Shown here piece after piece: positions 1 through 7,568 of a DNA stretch of 13,236 bases. A program made the position numbers and the translations under genes. Source of the stretch: Thermoplasmatota archaeon (GTDB taxonomy: Archaea > Thermoplasmatota > Penumbrarchaeia > Penumbrarchaeales > Penumbrarchaeaceae); assembly GCA_965234725.1 (NCBI GenBank), contig CBDDUX010000074.1, positions 1-13,236 on the forward strand. The letters run 5' to 3'. A model generated the notes under the pieces. It was given only the letters and a program-made list of their open reading frames with translations. It was not told where the DNA came from and ran no database searches. Numbering within the stretch: position 1 is the first letter of the stretch; each line of letters opens with the position of its first letter.

Positions 1-849
1 GTTAGTGTTAAGGTCCTGATCCTGGGATTGTTGGTTCTAGCTGGTATCTGGTTCATTGATGCGGGACGGATGACACCTCAGATCACTGGCAAGTATTCAT
101 CCGGAACTCTATTTGCTACATCCATTTTCTTTCTGTCGTATATGGGATTCGGGTTGATAACCAATGCTTCGGAAAACATCAAGGATCCAAAGAAGAACGT
201 TCCAAGGGCCATATTCATCAGTATATTGATCGCTACATTGGTTTACGTCTTAGTTTCCCTTGTAGTGATCGGTAATCTCCCGTTGAGCGATATCATTGCA
301 GCCAAGGAAAATGCACTGGCTGAAGCTGCTCGCCCATCCCTGGGAGTTTTTGGATTCATCATATTATCCGTAGGAGCTCTTTTTTCGATCTCATCTGCAC
401 TTAATGCAACCCTATACGGAGGAGCCAACATATCCTACACTCTGGCAAAAGAGGGCGAACTGCCAGAGTTCTTCGAAAGAAAAGTATGGTTTAAATCCAC
501 GGAAGGTCTCTTCATCACCGCAGTCCTGGGTTTGTTAATAGCAATATTTGTTGACATCGGAGGAATAGCCGCAATAACAAGTTCTGTTTTCATTTCTATC
601 TATTTGTTCGTCTTCATTTCTCATTACAAACTAAGGAAAAAGGTTGGTGGAAATCCGGGTATTATCATTCTCGGTTTCATAGCAGTTTCATCTTCTTTCC
701 TAATATTGATGTATATGCAGTTGACCGAGAATCCTTTTATTTTCCTGATGATAATTGGAGTGTTCTTCTTATCATTCATCCTGGAATATTTTTACCGTTT
801 AAAAACCAAACGAAAATTTCGATCATCCCGCGAAATTGGCGATCGATAG
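1..849 (+). CDS. APC-family amino acid permease (5'-partial; frame open from base 1)
   Basis: Frame 1 is open from position 1 (VSVKVLILGLLVLAG...) to TAG at 847-849. Multiple hydrophobic helices and APC-type motifs: 'FLSYMGFGLITNASENIKDPKKNVPRAI', 'ALFSISSALNATLYGGANISYTLAKEGELP'. Confidence 0.9.
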   Translation, partial: VSVKVLILGLLVLAGIWFIDAGRMTPQITGKYSSGTLFATSIFFLSYMGFGLITNASENIKDPKKNVPRAIFISILIATLVYVLVSLVVIGNLPLSDIIAAKENALAEAARPSLGVFGFIILSVGALFSISSALNATLYGGANISYTLAKEGELPEFFERKVWFKSTEGLFITAVLGLLIAIFVDIGGIAAITSSVFISIYLFVFISHYKLRKKVGGNPGIIILGFIAVSSSFLILMYMQLTENPFIFLMIIGVFFLSFILEYFYRLKTKRKFRSSREIGDR

Positions 850-1241
850 TATGAAATGAAAATGTGGCAGTGTCTATCATAATTCCCTTCTTCTCTTTTT
901 CTCCAATTTACACGGTGGTAGTAAAGATCAGGATCAGGATAGCCTCAATGACAAGAATCATCCCTAGTAGCCTCGATATGATCTTCTTTGATTTTTACTC
1001 AACTCCAAGATATATATTCATATTTTTTTCTTCATTTTTTCCGGTTATTGTTATCACCAATTTTTGTATTAACGGGATATCCCAATATCCAATGTGATTG
1101 AAAGTAATTGAGTAGACGATTGACGGCAGTAAATGCATTTTTTTCCATTTAGTCACCATCCTTGTGATGTCTAATATTTCGATAAGCGTCAGATTTACAA
1201 TTACTTTGAGCCGTATATCAATAGCTCTTTATATACCTATG

Positions 1242-1247
1242 AAAAAA
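1242..1247 (-). terminator. possible archaeal oligo-T terminator after the C-GCAxxG-C-C gene
   Basis: The minus strand reads TCGTTTTTTC about 10 nt after the stop at 1256, the last gene of the operon. Short motif, so weak support. Confidence 0.3.
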
Positions 1248-1255
1248 CGAACCGA

Positions 1256-2077
1256 TCATACCGAATTAGCCAGGACCTCGATCAATTCTGCGCATCCTCC
1301 ATTTCGAATGAACTCGGAATGCTCTTCTACAGACTTGAAGGTCCTTTTGCATATATCCTTACATTTGAACTTGGAACCTGTGTGATCATCGAAGGTGAAC
1401 ATCAGATTGGAGGCATACTCGTTCGAATGAACAGCCTTTCCCGGATTCTCCTTTGCAAATGCTATGGATCGAAGCCACATAGCAGCGATCATAGCACCGC
1501 AGGCATCTCCCCCAAGTCCAAGCCCACCAGCAAACCCTGCAACCGTGACTATCTCTTCATCAGTTGCTCGCATCTTCCTTGCAGTCTCTGAAGCACAACT
1601 GATCGCACCGGATGGGATCTCATCCGGTTCCGTGGACAATCCCACTTTTGCAGAGCCTATGGCATCCTCTGTCCATTTGTCAGCAAGGTTCCAGCAGGAC
1701 CTCGTCTTGAATATCATGAATTTTGCAAACTGGAGTTTCTTTGAGAAATCGGTATCTGTTATTTCACGGCAGTTAACACTTCCAGCCTTCTTCTCGAATG
1801 CATCCCTCACCTGTTTTGAAGCAATTATCGCAAGCGCAACTGCCATCTCCTGGTCATATGTTCTGTTGAAGGATTCCTTTCCGACTGCAAGGGTGGACCC
1901 CATAAGGAGACCGCATTGATGGCCAAGCTGAAGGACACCGCCAACAAGCGGATCTGAAGCAAGTTCATGGATCTCATCATTCCTATTGAACTCCCTGTTC
2001 AAAATGTAGTAGAAAGTCTGGGAGCAGGTTCCCTTCTTCCAGAATACTTTCTTGGTATCATTCTTCTCCTTGGTCAT
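1256..2077 (-). CDS. C-GCAxxG-C-C family putative redox protein with two tandem domains
   Basis: Two repeats of the family Cys pattern: 'TCSQ...GGVLQLGHQCGLLMG...NCREIT...SC' and 'SCASE...GFAGGLGLGGDACGAMIAA...KCKDIC...GC'. Start overlaps the flavodoxin stop (ATGA, 2074-2077). Confidence 0.8.
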   Translation of the reverse strand: MTKEKNDTKKVFWKKGTCSQTFYYILNREFNRNDEIHELASDPLVGGVLQLGHQCGLLMGSTLAVGKESFNRTYDQEMAVALAIIASKQVRDAFEKKAGSVNCREITDTDFSKKLQFAKFMIFKTRSCWNLADKWTEDAIGSAKVGLSTEPDEIPSGAISCASETARKMRATDEEIVTVAGFAGGLGLGGDACGAMIAAMWLRSIAFAKENPGKAVHSNEYASNLMFTFDDHTGSKFKCKDICKRTFKSVEEHSEFIRNGGCAELIEVLANSV

Positions 2078-2562
2078 TTCAATGCCTCTTTCTTCAGTTT
2101 CATCGCGAATTCCTCTGCTCTCTTCAAGTCCTCAGTATTGGGTCTTCCCTTGTTCAGACCCCCTGTAAACCTGAGAAAACTGTTAGTATTGTGTCCCAAA
2201 CTGCTGAACTCATTTACAATTGTATATCCTCTTGATTCCAATATGTCTCTCAGGGATTTGTGGTTCTCAGCCACGAATTCTTCGTTGAATGCTATCTTAG
2301 GGGCACCTGTGGTGGAGAACAGAAAAGCCTTGCCCTTGGAGGTTTTCGGTAGTTTCTTTGCCAATTCAAGTATTGAATCATGATGTCTGGCGCTGTATAT
2401 TCCCGATCCGAATCCTATTAGGTCATATTTATTCAGATCATCTACCCCAACCTGGTCCGGTTTCCTTATCTCGGCATCAAGGATCCTGGCAATAGCTCTA
2501 GCTATTTTGAGAGTATTCTCATGATGATAAGAATAGACTATCAATAATGAACTCAATTTCAT
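2074..2562 (-). CDS. flavodoxin-fold protein
   Basis: Motifs 'IVYSYHHENTLKIARAIA', 'YDLIGFGSGIY', 'AFLFSTTG' and 'GGLNKGRPN'. Start moved from 2592 to the ATG at 2562, which has GGGAG upstream and avoids overlapping the MDR stop. Confidence 0.85.
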   Translation of the reverse strand: MKLSSLLIVYSYHHENTLKIARAIARILDAEIRKPDQVGVDDLNKYDLIGFGSGIYSARHHDSILELAKKLPKTSKGKAFLFSTTGAPKIAFNEEFVAENHKSLRDILESRGYTIVNEFSSLGHNTNSFLRFTGGLNKGRPNTEDLKRAEEFAMKLKKEALK

Positions 2563-2581
2563 CCTGTTCAACTCCCATGGT

Positions 2582-3547
2582 TCAAGATCCATCTGGATTC
2601 ATTGAGATCACTATCTTACCCCTCACCTTTCCACTTTCCAAATATCCAAGGGCTTTTGGGGTTTCTTCCAGAGGAAATACCCTGTCAATCGATGGAGTGA
2701 TGTCTCCCGCCTCTATCATTTCTCTCAGGATATTGAAATCCTTGCTGTTGAGGTCCGCGATCTTCATTCCTCCTATCTTCTTGGAGAATGGTGCCATGGC
2801 AAATGCCTTGATGACATAGCTCATTCCTCCATGACCTGAATTTGGAATTATCATACCATCAGAAGTAAGGACCTTCTTCATATCAGAGAAACTGAATTTT
2901 CCCACGTTGTCAAGGATCAGATCAAATTCCCGACCACATTTGGTCAGATCTTCCTTCTTATAATCAATGATGTGGTCAGCACCTATAGTCCGGACCATGT
3001 CAACCTTATCTGTCCTGCAGACTCCGGTAACTTCCGTTCCGAATGACTTTGCGATCTGAACCGCAAAAGAACCAACACCACCGGAAGCACCCAACACGAG
3101 GACCTTCTGGCCCTTCTTGATATTTCCTCCGTCCCTGAGTCTTTGAAGTGCCGTTAATGCAGCTGTGGGAATTGCTGCAACCTCTTCGAAGTTCAGGTTC
3201 GAAGGTTTCTTTGCTAGTTTTTCTTTATCCATTACTGCATATTCAGCGAAGGCACCTTCAGTGCAGCCGAATACCTCGTCACCGACCTTGATGTCTTTCA
3301 CATTCTTTCCTGTAGATTCAACGATTCCTGCGACATCCCATCCGGGGATGAAATCCTTGGGATTTGGAAATCCAACCGAGAAGCGGGCCACATATGGAGT
3401 TCCCTTAAGTCCGAAGAGATCCCCAGCATTGACAGATGAGGCTACCACTTTGACAAGTACTTCATCATCTCTGATCTCTGGTTTCTTTACTTCCTTGATA
3501 GAAAGATGATCGATCGAACCATATCCGTTCTGGACTATTGCTTTCAT
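2582..3547 (-). CDS. zinc-free MDR (NAD(P)-dependent alcohol dehydrogenase/quinone reductase-like), copy 1, intact
   Basis: 'MKAIVQNGYG', GroES-like 'PGWDVAGIVE', Rossmann 'VLVLGASGGVG', 'GADHIIDY', C-terminal 'GKVRGKIVI'. No GHE catalytic-Zn motif and no four-Cys structural loop. GGAGGTG site upstream; TGATG overlap with the upstream gene. Confidence 0.93.
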   Translation of the reverse strand: MKAIVQNGYGSIDHLSIKEVKKPEIRDDEVLVKVVASSVNAGDLFGLKGTPYVARFSVGFPNPKDFIPGWDVAGIVESTGKNVKDIKVGDEVFGCTEGAFAEYAVMDKEKLAKKPSNLNFEEVAAIPTAALTALQRLRDGGNIKKGQKVLVLGASGGVGSFAVQIAKSFGTEVTGVCRTDKVDMVRTIGADHIIDYKKEDLTKCGREFDLILDNVGKFSFSDMKKVLTSDGMIIPNSGHGGMSYVIKAFAMAPFSKKIGGMKIADLNSKDFNILREMIEAGDITPSIDRVFPLEETPKALGYLESGKVRGKIVISMNPDGS

Positions 3548-3981
3548 CAGACACCACCTCTAGTCTCCATATTTCCCCTTGGCCACTTCCATGCATATAC
3601 TAATATAAGTGCATTTATCGCGAGGTATCCTGTCCCAAGGACGAATTCCCATCCAAATCTTGCCTCGAACATGAATCCGATATTGAATACAATGAAGATA
3701 GGCACAACAATGAAGTTTGCCCACCTGATCAATCTTGCTTTCCCTATAAGAGCTAACATTATCATGGATACCTGTATCAGGGCTAGCGGAGCAGCGACAA
3801 AAGCCAGCAAGGTATTTGCTGCAGGCTCGTCCAATTTCTGAAGTAGAGATAGCATATCCCCGAATGTCCATATTAGAAATTGGGATATCCACAATGATGC
3901 GATTATTATCTTCACATTGATCCTTGGATCAAAAAGGTCCTTCTCAATCTTTTCTTTATTCTCTTTTTTATTTCCTGCCAT
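3547..3981 (-). CDS. small multi-pass membrane protein, DUF6326-like
   Basis: About four hydrophobic helices. 'INVKIIIASLWISQFLIWTFGDMLSL' and terminal 'AWKWP' resemble DUF6326 proteins (recalled, not searched). GAGGTG site before the ATG; stop overlaps the MDR start. Confidence 0.7.
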   Translation of the reverse strand: MAGNKKENKEKIEKDLFDPRINVKIIIASLWISQFLIWTFGDMLSLLQKLDEPAANTLLAFVAAPLALIQVSMIMLALIGKARLIRWANFIVVPIFIVFNIGFMFEARFGWEFVLGTGYLAINALILVYAWKWPRGNMETRGGV

Positions 3982-4060
3982 GTTTCACACCTCTTGGTTG
4001 TTACACAAAAGACCAGAGTAATGAAAAATACAAACAAATTGAGCCGTACATGAATGATAG

Positions 4061-4068
4061 TTTATATA
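4061..4068 (+). promoter_or_regulatory. TATA box in the divergent intergenic region
   Basis: TTTATATA ends 28 nt before the ATG at 4097, which has no Shine-Dalgarno. It reads TATATAAA on the minus strand. Confidence 0.55.
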
Positions 4069-4096
4069 CTCAGATTTATTTTCACAAATTGATAAC

Positions 4097-4753
4097 ATGA
4101 GAAAGTTGACTATAGAAATGGAACCGGATAAGGAATTCTTTGATAGGATGAGCGAGGCATTTCAGAAAATTGAATCATATGAAATTCTTGAAGCCCTAAA
4201 GATCAATTACGAGGAAGGGATTTGTGTAGACCTATTATTGGTGATAACCAGGCCAGGCATCAGGATCGAGGATGTAAAGTCAATAGACCGGATGGAGATC
4301 ATCAGCATCATAAAGTCAGAAGGGAACAAGCATACGTGTCTGGGGAAATATTTTGAAAAGGAGGAGAACATGGATGAATTCAGGGAAACTGACCTGGATC
4401 TTATACAATCTTCACCTACCATAATCGCACAGGATAAAGTAACTGTGACCATGATAGGAGAGAATGAAAACCTGAATAAATTTGTGGATATGGTAAAAAA
4501 GAGCGGGGGTAAGATACTGAACCTGAACATTAGCAAAGCAGCCTATCAAAAACATAACCTCCTCAATGTCCTGACTGAAAAGCAGAGAGATATCTTGATC
4601 AATGCTCACCGTTATGGATATTACAAATATCCCAAGAAGCTCAACAGTGAAAAGTTATCAGAGAAGGTCAATATTGGAAAAGCAACTCTCGTCCAGCATT
4701 TGAGAAAAGCCGAGGAACGATTAATGGACGAGATACTGAAGGGATATTCCTAA
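4097..4753 (+). CDS. archaeal transcriptional regulator with C-terminal HTH_10 (bacterio-opsin activator-type) domain
   Basis: C-terminal 'LTEKQRDILINAHRYGYYKYPKKLNSEKLSEKVNIGKATLVQHLRKAEERL' matches the HTH_10 pattern LT-x-KQ...GYY-x-x-P...HLRKAE. Divergent from the DUF6326-MDR operon. Confidence 0.9.
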   Translation: MRKLTIEMEPDKEFFDRMSEAFQKIESYEILEALKINYEEGICVDLLLVITRPGIRIEDVKSIDRMEIISIIKSEGNKHTCLGKYFEKEENMDEFRETDLDLIQSSPTIIAQDKVTVTMIGENENLNKFVDMVKKSGGKILNLNISKAAYQKHNLLNVLTEKQRDILINAHRYGYYKYPKKLNSEKLSEKVNIGKATLVQHLRKAEERLMDEILKGYS

Positions 4754-4930
4754 TGGAGATCTGGTGGAACTACAGTAATTACAACATTTCCCTTCTTATG
4801 CCCTTTATCGACATATTTATGGGCTTCAACGATCCGATCAAAAGTATAAGACCTGTCCATCACAAGTCTAAACTTTCCTTTTTCAATCATTTTTTTCAGG
4901 ATATTCATGTCCCCGGGATCGATCTTTCAT
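4750..4930 (-). pseudogene. MDR copy 2: start codon fused out of frame to the last 58 codons (internal deletion)
   Basis: 4926->4750 reads KIDPGDMNILKKMIEKGKFRLVMDRSYTFDRIVEAHKYVDKGHKKGNVVITVVPPDLH*, with 38/50 identities (hand count) to the C-terminus of 5576..6520. Preceded by ATG AAA G at 4930. Confidence 0.9.
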
Positions 4931-4932
4931 CC

Positions 4933-5574
4933 TCATATTCTCTTCTTTCCAACCAGAAAAATCGAACTCATTCCCTGAAACATCTTCTCCTTTTCAAGGA
5001 TCTCAAATTCATTGTTGACAAGAACGTCTTCCAACTCATTGAATTTGTAAAGCTTGATCTTCAATGGTATGATACTCAATTTGCTGAGGATGCGGTAAGG
5101 AATGAATTGCAGGAAGATCTTCTTTGACATCTTCTCCCCCAGACAGGGCGTATTCATGATCAGATATCCACCTGGCTTAAGTAGTTCAGCCATTCTTCCT
5201 ATAGCCCCATTATCATCTTGGAGAGCATGAACAATGTTGTAGGCCAGTATAACATCAAAAGAAGCCTTTTCGAATATATCATCATCAAGAATGGTTTTGG
5301 TAAAGGTGACATTCTGAACTCCTCCATCAATTGACCTTCGCTCTGCCAATTCGATCGCTTTCCGGGATATATCGAAACCATGGATATGGTTCACATGAAC
5401 CGATATCTCGATGGTCTTCTCACCGGTTCCGCAACCCACATCCAGGACATTATCCGATTTGTTCAGGTATTTTAGGGTGCTCTCGACTATTCTGTCACTT
5501 ATCTCCCTGAACATCTCGATATCCTTGTCCTGATTCTTTGCCATTCTGTCCCAGAATCTCTCTATCTTTTCCAT
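4933..5574 (-). CDS. class I SAM-dependent methyltransferase
   Basis: Motif I 'VLDVGCGTG', post-I 'HGFDIS', 'FDVILAYNIVH', 'LLKPGGYLI'. The ATG lies 1 nt after the upstream MDR stop. Confidence 0.93.
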   Translation of the reverse strand: MEKIERFWDRMAKNQDKDIEMFREISDRIVESTLKYLNKSDNVLDVGCGTGEKTIEISVHVNHIHGFDISRKAIELAERRSIDGGVQNVTFTKTILDDDIFEKASFDVILAYNIVHALQDDNGAIGRMAELLKPGGYLIMNTPCLGEKMSKKIFLQFIPYRILSKLSIIPLKIKLYKFNELEDVLVNNEFEILEKEKMFQGMSSIFLVGKKRI

Positions 5575-5575
5575 T

Positions 5576-6520
5576 TCAACCTACCGATGTTCTATTGATT
5601 ATATTGATTGCCACATTTCCCTTCTTATGCCCTTTGTCGACATATCTATGGGCTTCAACGATCTGATCCAATGGATAGGTTCTATCGATTATGGGTCTCA
5701 ACTTTCCTTTTTCGATCATCTTTTTCAAGCTATTCAGGTCCCCTGGATCGATCTTTCCCAGGCCATTGGTGGTAATGAATTGACCATTCTTCTTCAGTAG
5801 GTTCTTGCACTTTGACCGTGATAATTTCCCAACAGCATCGTATATGATATCGAAGTCATCATTCATCGCTGTTATGTCCTCTTTGTTGTAATCGATCAAA
5901 TGGTCTGCACCCAAGGATCTGACCAGATCGAAATTCTCTGAGCTGCATATTCCTGTGATCTTGGCTCCCTTGTCCCTTGCAAATTGAAGAGCATATGTCC
6001 CGAGGCTCCCTGATGCTCCGTTTATCAATACCCTCTGATCTTTTTTGAGGTTCATCTTCTGAAAGACCTTGAGAGTTGTCAATGCTCCCGCAGGTATAGT
6101 TGCAGCTTCTTCAAATGATAGGTTCCCTGGTTTTCGTTCTACCAATCCTCTTTTCTCCACTTTCCCATGTTCAGTTTGTGCAGGGAGGCAGATATATTCT
6201 GCGTATCCACCAAATCCCCATCCAGTAAATGCAAAGACCTCATCTCCTTTCTGAAGTCTTCTAACATCATTTCCTATCTCTTCGATCACACCAGATACTT
6301 CCATTCCAAGAATGGAGATTTTCCTGGGTCTGGTCAAGCCAAATATCAACCTCACAAGGAAAGGATCTGCTCTCCGGATCCTTGTATCTCCAATATGAGC
6401 AGTTGTTGCATGGACCTTTATCAATACCTCATTGTCCTTGGGAGTGGGTTTCTCGACCTCTTTGGTCTGTAGGACCTCCGGTGGTCCATATTTCGTGCAG
6501 ATCACAGCTTTCATTTTCAT
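5576..6520 (-). CDS. zinc-free MDR, copy 3, intact
   Basis: '[17 protein letters not shown]', 'GMEVSGVIE', 'VLINGASGSLG', 'GHKKGNVAI'. Start revised from 6574 to 6520 (or 6514) because the upstream sequence belongs to a DUF4386-like relic whose TGA overlaps this ATG. Confidence 0.92.
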   Translation of the reverse strand: MKMKAVICTKYGPPEVLQTKEVEKPTPKDNEVLIKVHATTAHIGDTRIRRADPFLVRLIFGLTRPRKISILGMEVSGVIEEIGNDVRRLQKGDEVFAFTGWGFGGYAEYICLPAQTEHGKVEKRGLVERKPGNLSFEEAATIPAGALTTLKVFQKMNLKKDQRVLINGASGSLGTYALQFARDKGAKITGICSSENFDLVRSLGADHLIDYNKEDITAMNDDFDIIYDAVGKLSRSKCKNLLKKNGQFITTNGLGKIDPGDLNSLKKMIEKGKLRPIIDRTYPLDQIVEAHRYVDKGHKKGNVAINIINRTSVG

Positions 6521-6648
6521 AGGTCCACCCCGGAATTGCTCTCGGATACATTGAATCCCTTGATTATAAGCCATCCTGCAAATACCATCTCCTGAAATCC
6601 TATCGCGATGGCAAGAAAAGAAGGATCATAACCGAAAAGACTGATGAA
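6517..6648 (-). pseudogene. 3' remnant of a DUF4386-like membrane protein gene
   Basis: 6648->6517 reads FISLFGYDPSFLAIAIGFQEMVFAGWLIIKGFNVSESNSGVDL*. 'QEMVxAxWLIxKGFN' is the DUF4386 C-terminal signature as recalled. The stop forms an ATGA overlap with the MDR start. Confidence 0.75.
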
Positions 6649-6864
6649 GCCGCATATCAAAATCAAGACATTCTTAAGGTCCTGACCGAGAAACAGAGAG
6701 AGATAATGATCTCAGCACATAAACATGGATACTATGAATATCCAAGAAAGATCAATACGAATAAATTATCAGAAAAGGTCAATATTAGCAGAGCTACCCT
6801 TGTAGAGCATCTGAGAAAAGCGGAAATACGAATTGTTGCAGAAAAACTGACAGGTTACACTTGA
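6649..6864 (+). pseudogene. 3' remnant of a second HTH_10 regulator
   Basis: Reads AAYQNQDILKVLTEKQREIMISAHKHGYYEYPRKINTNKLSEKVNISRATLVEHLRKAEIRIVAEKLTGYT*, with 46/71 identities (hand count) to the C-terminus of 4097..4753. The N-terminal ~147 codons and a proper start are missing. Confidence 0.9.
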
Positions 6865-6905
6865 TGAAAAAACATTGAAGACCAGAAAGTATCCGAGAGA
6901 TGTTT

Positions 6906-7118
6906 TCATCTATTATTGATCGCCTTTCCCATTTTACTGATCATATACATCTGCAATTGATAATGTTCCTTATGCAATTGCTCATATTCAGAATTCAGTT
7001 GCGATACCTTTGAATCATATATACTGTTGATCTTGGCGATCTCCATAAGGATCTCGATCTTGCGATCTTCGATCTCCTCCATTCTTTGTCTCTTTTCCAA
7101 TATTTTTCTGTTGGACAT
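6906..7118 (-). CDS. small hypothetical coiled-coil protein
   Basis: 70-aa charged, helical, heptad-like sequence with AAGGA upstream of the ATG and no competing ORF. Confidence 0.6.
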   Translation of the reverse strand: MSNRKILEKRQRMEEIEDRKIEILMEIAKINSIYDSKVSQLNSEYEQLHKEHYQLQMYMISKMGKAINNR

Positions 7119-7173
7119 CTTTGATCAATCCTTTGATTTTTGAAAATGAAAATGTCTGGGGTTGTTCATATTT

Positions 7174-7410
7174 TCAATACAGGGTCCTGTAAGCATCGGC
7201 AATTTCGGAAGGATATCCGAATGATTCAACTGCTTGATGGAATGCTTTCCTCTTACTGATCCTACTATCTGAGATAATGATATCCTTCACTAAAAGATGC
7301 AGATGCTCCTCAGTATCCATGAGGGCGCTGGTCCTTGTATCCTCATCAGCACCACCAAGTTCCTTGAGAAGGTCACTCTTGTATTTCCTAAGGGAAGTAT
7401 ACCGTATCAA
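7174..7410 (-). CDS. stand-alone HAAS/DUF1700-like helical domain protein
   Basis: 'Y..DLLKEL.......AL.DTEEHL......AVESFGYPSEIADAY' matches the HAAS pattern (YL.EL...L...I.E..EH....A...(L/F)G.P.EIA). TTG start with GGAGGT 6 nt upstream. Confidence 0.7.
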   Translation of the reverse strand: MIRYTSLRKYKSDLLKELGGADEDTRTSALMDTEEHLHLLVKDIIISDSRISKRKAFHQAVESFGYPSEIADAYRTLY

Positions 7411-7496
7411 TTCATTACCTCCAACACATTTTCATTTTTGTTGTGACACTACATCTTCTGAGAAATACAAAGGATTTGAGCCATTCATATAGGGCA

Positions 7497-7505
7497 GTAT
7501 ATATA
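7497..7505. promoter_or_regulatory. candidate TATA box
   Basis: TATATATA run (GTATATATAC palindrome) in the intergenic region about 90 nt upstream of the 7410 start. Confidence 0.35.
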
Positions 7506-7568
7506 CCCAGGGATTTTTCAAACAGTTCATGACAAAACGGAAAAAATTACTATTAGCTAGGTTCAATC

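Noticed and set aside
864..1385. Plus-strand ORFs 864..1097 and 1164..1385
   Set aside because: No ribosome site and no family motif. The first is low-complexity and T-rich; the second overlaps a real minus-strand gene.
4753..5127. Plus-strand 124-aa ORF overlapping the HTH stop (TAATG)
   Set aside because: It is antisense to the MDR stub and the methyltransferase, both of which have clear homology on the minus strand.
6521..6574. N-terminal extension MAYNQGIQ... of the 5576 MDR (likewise the extensions to 2592 and 10060)
   Set aside because: 6521-6574 is an alternative frame of the DUF4386-like relic. Ribosome sites and paralog N-termini support starts at 6520, 2562 and 10036.
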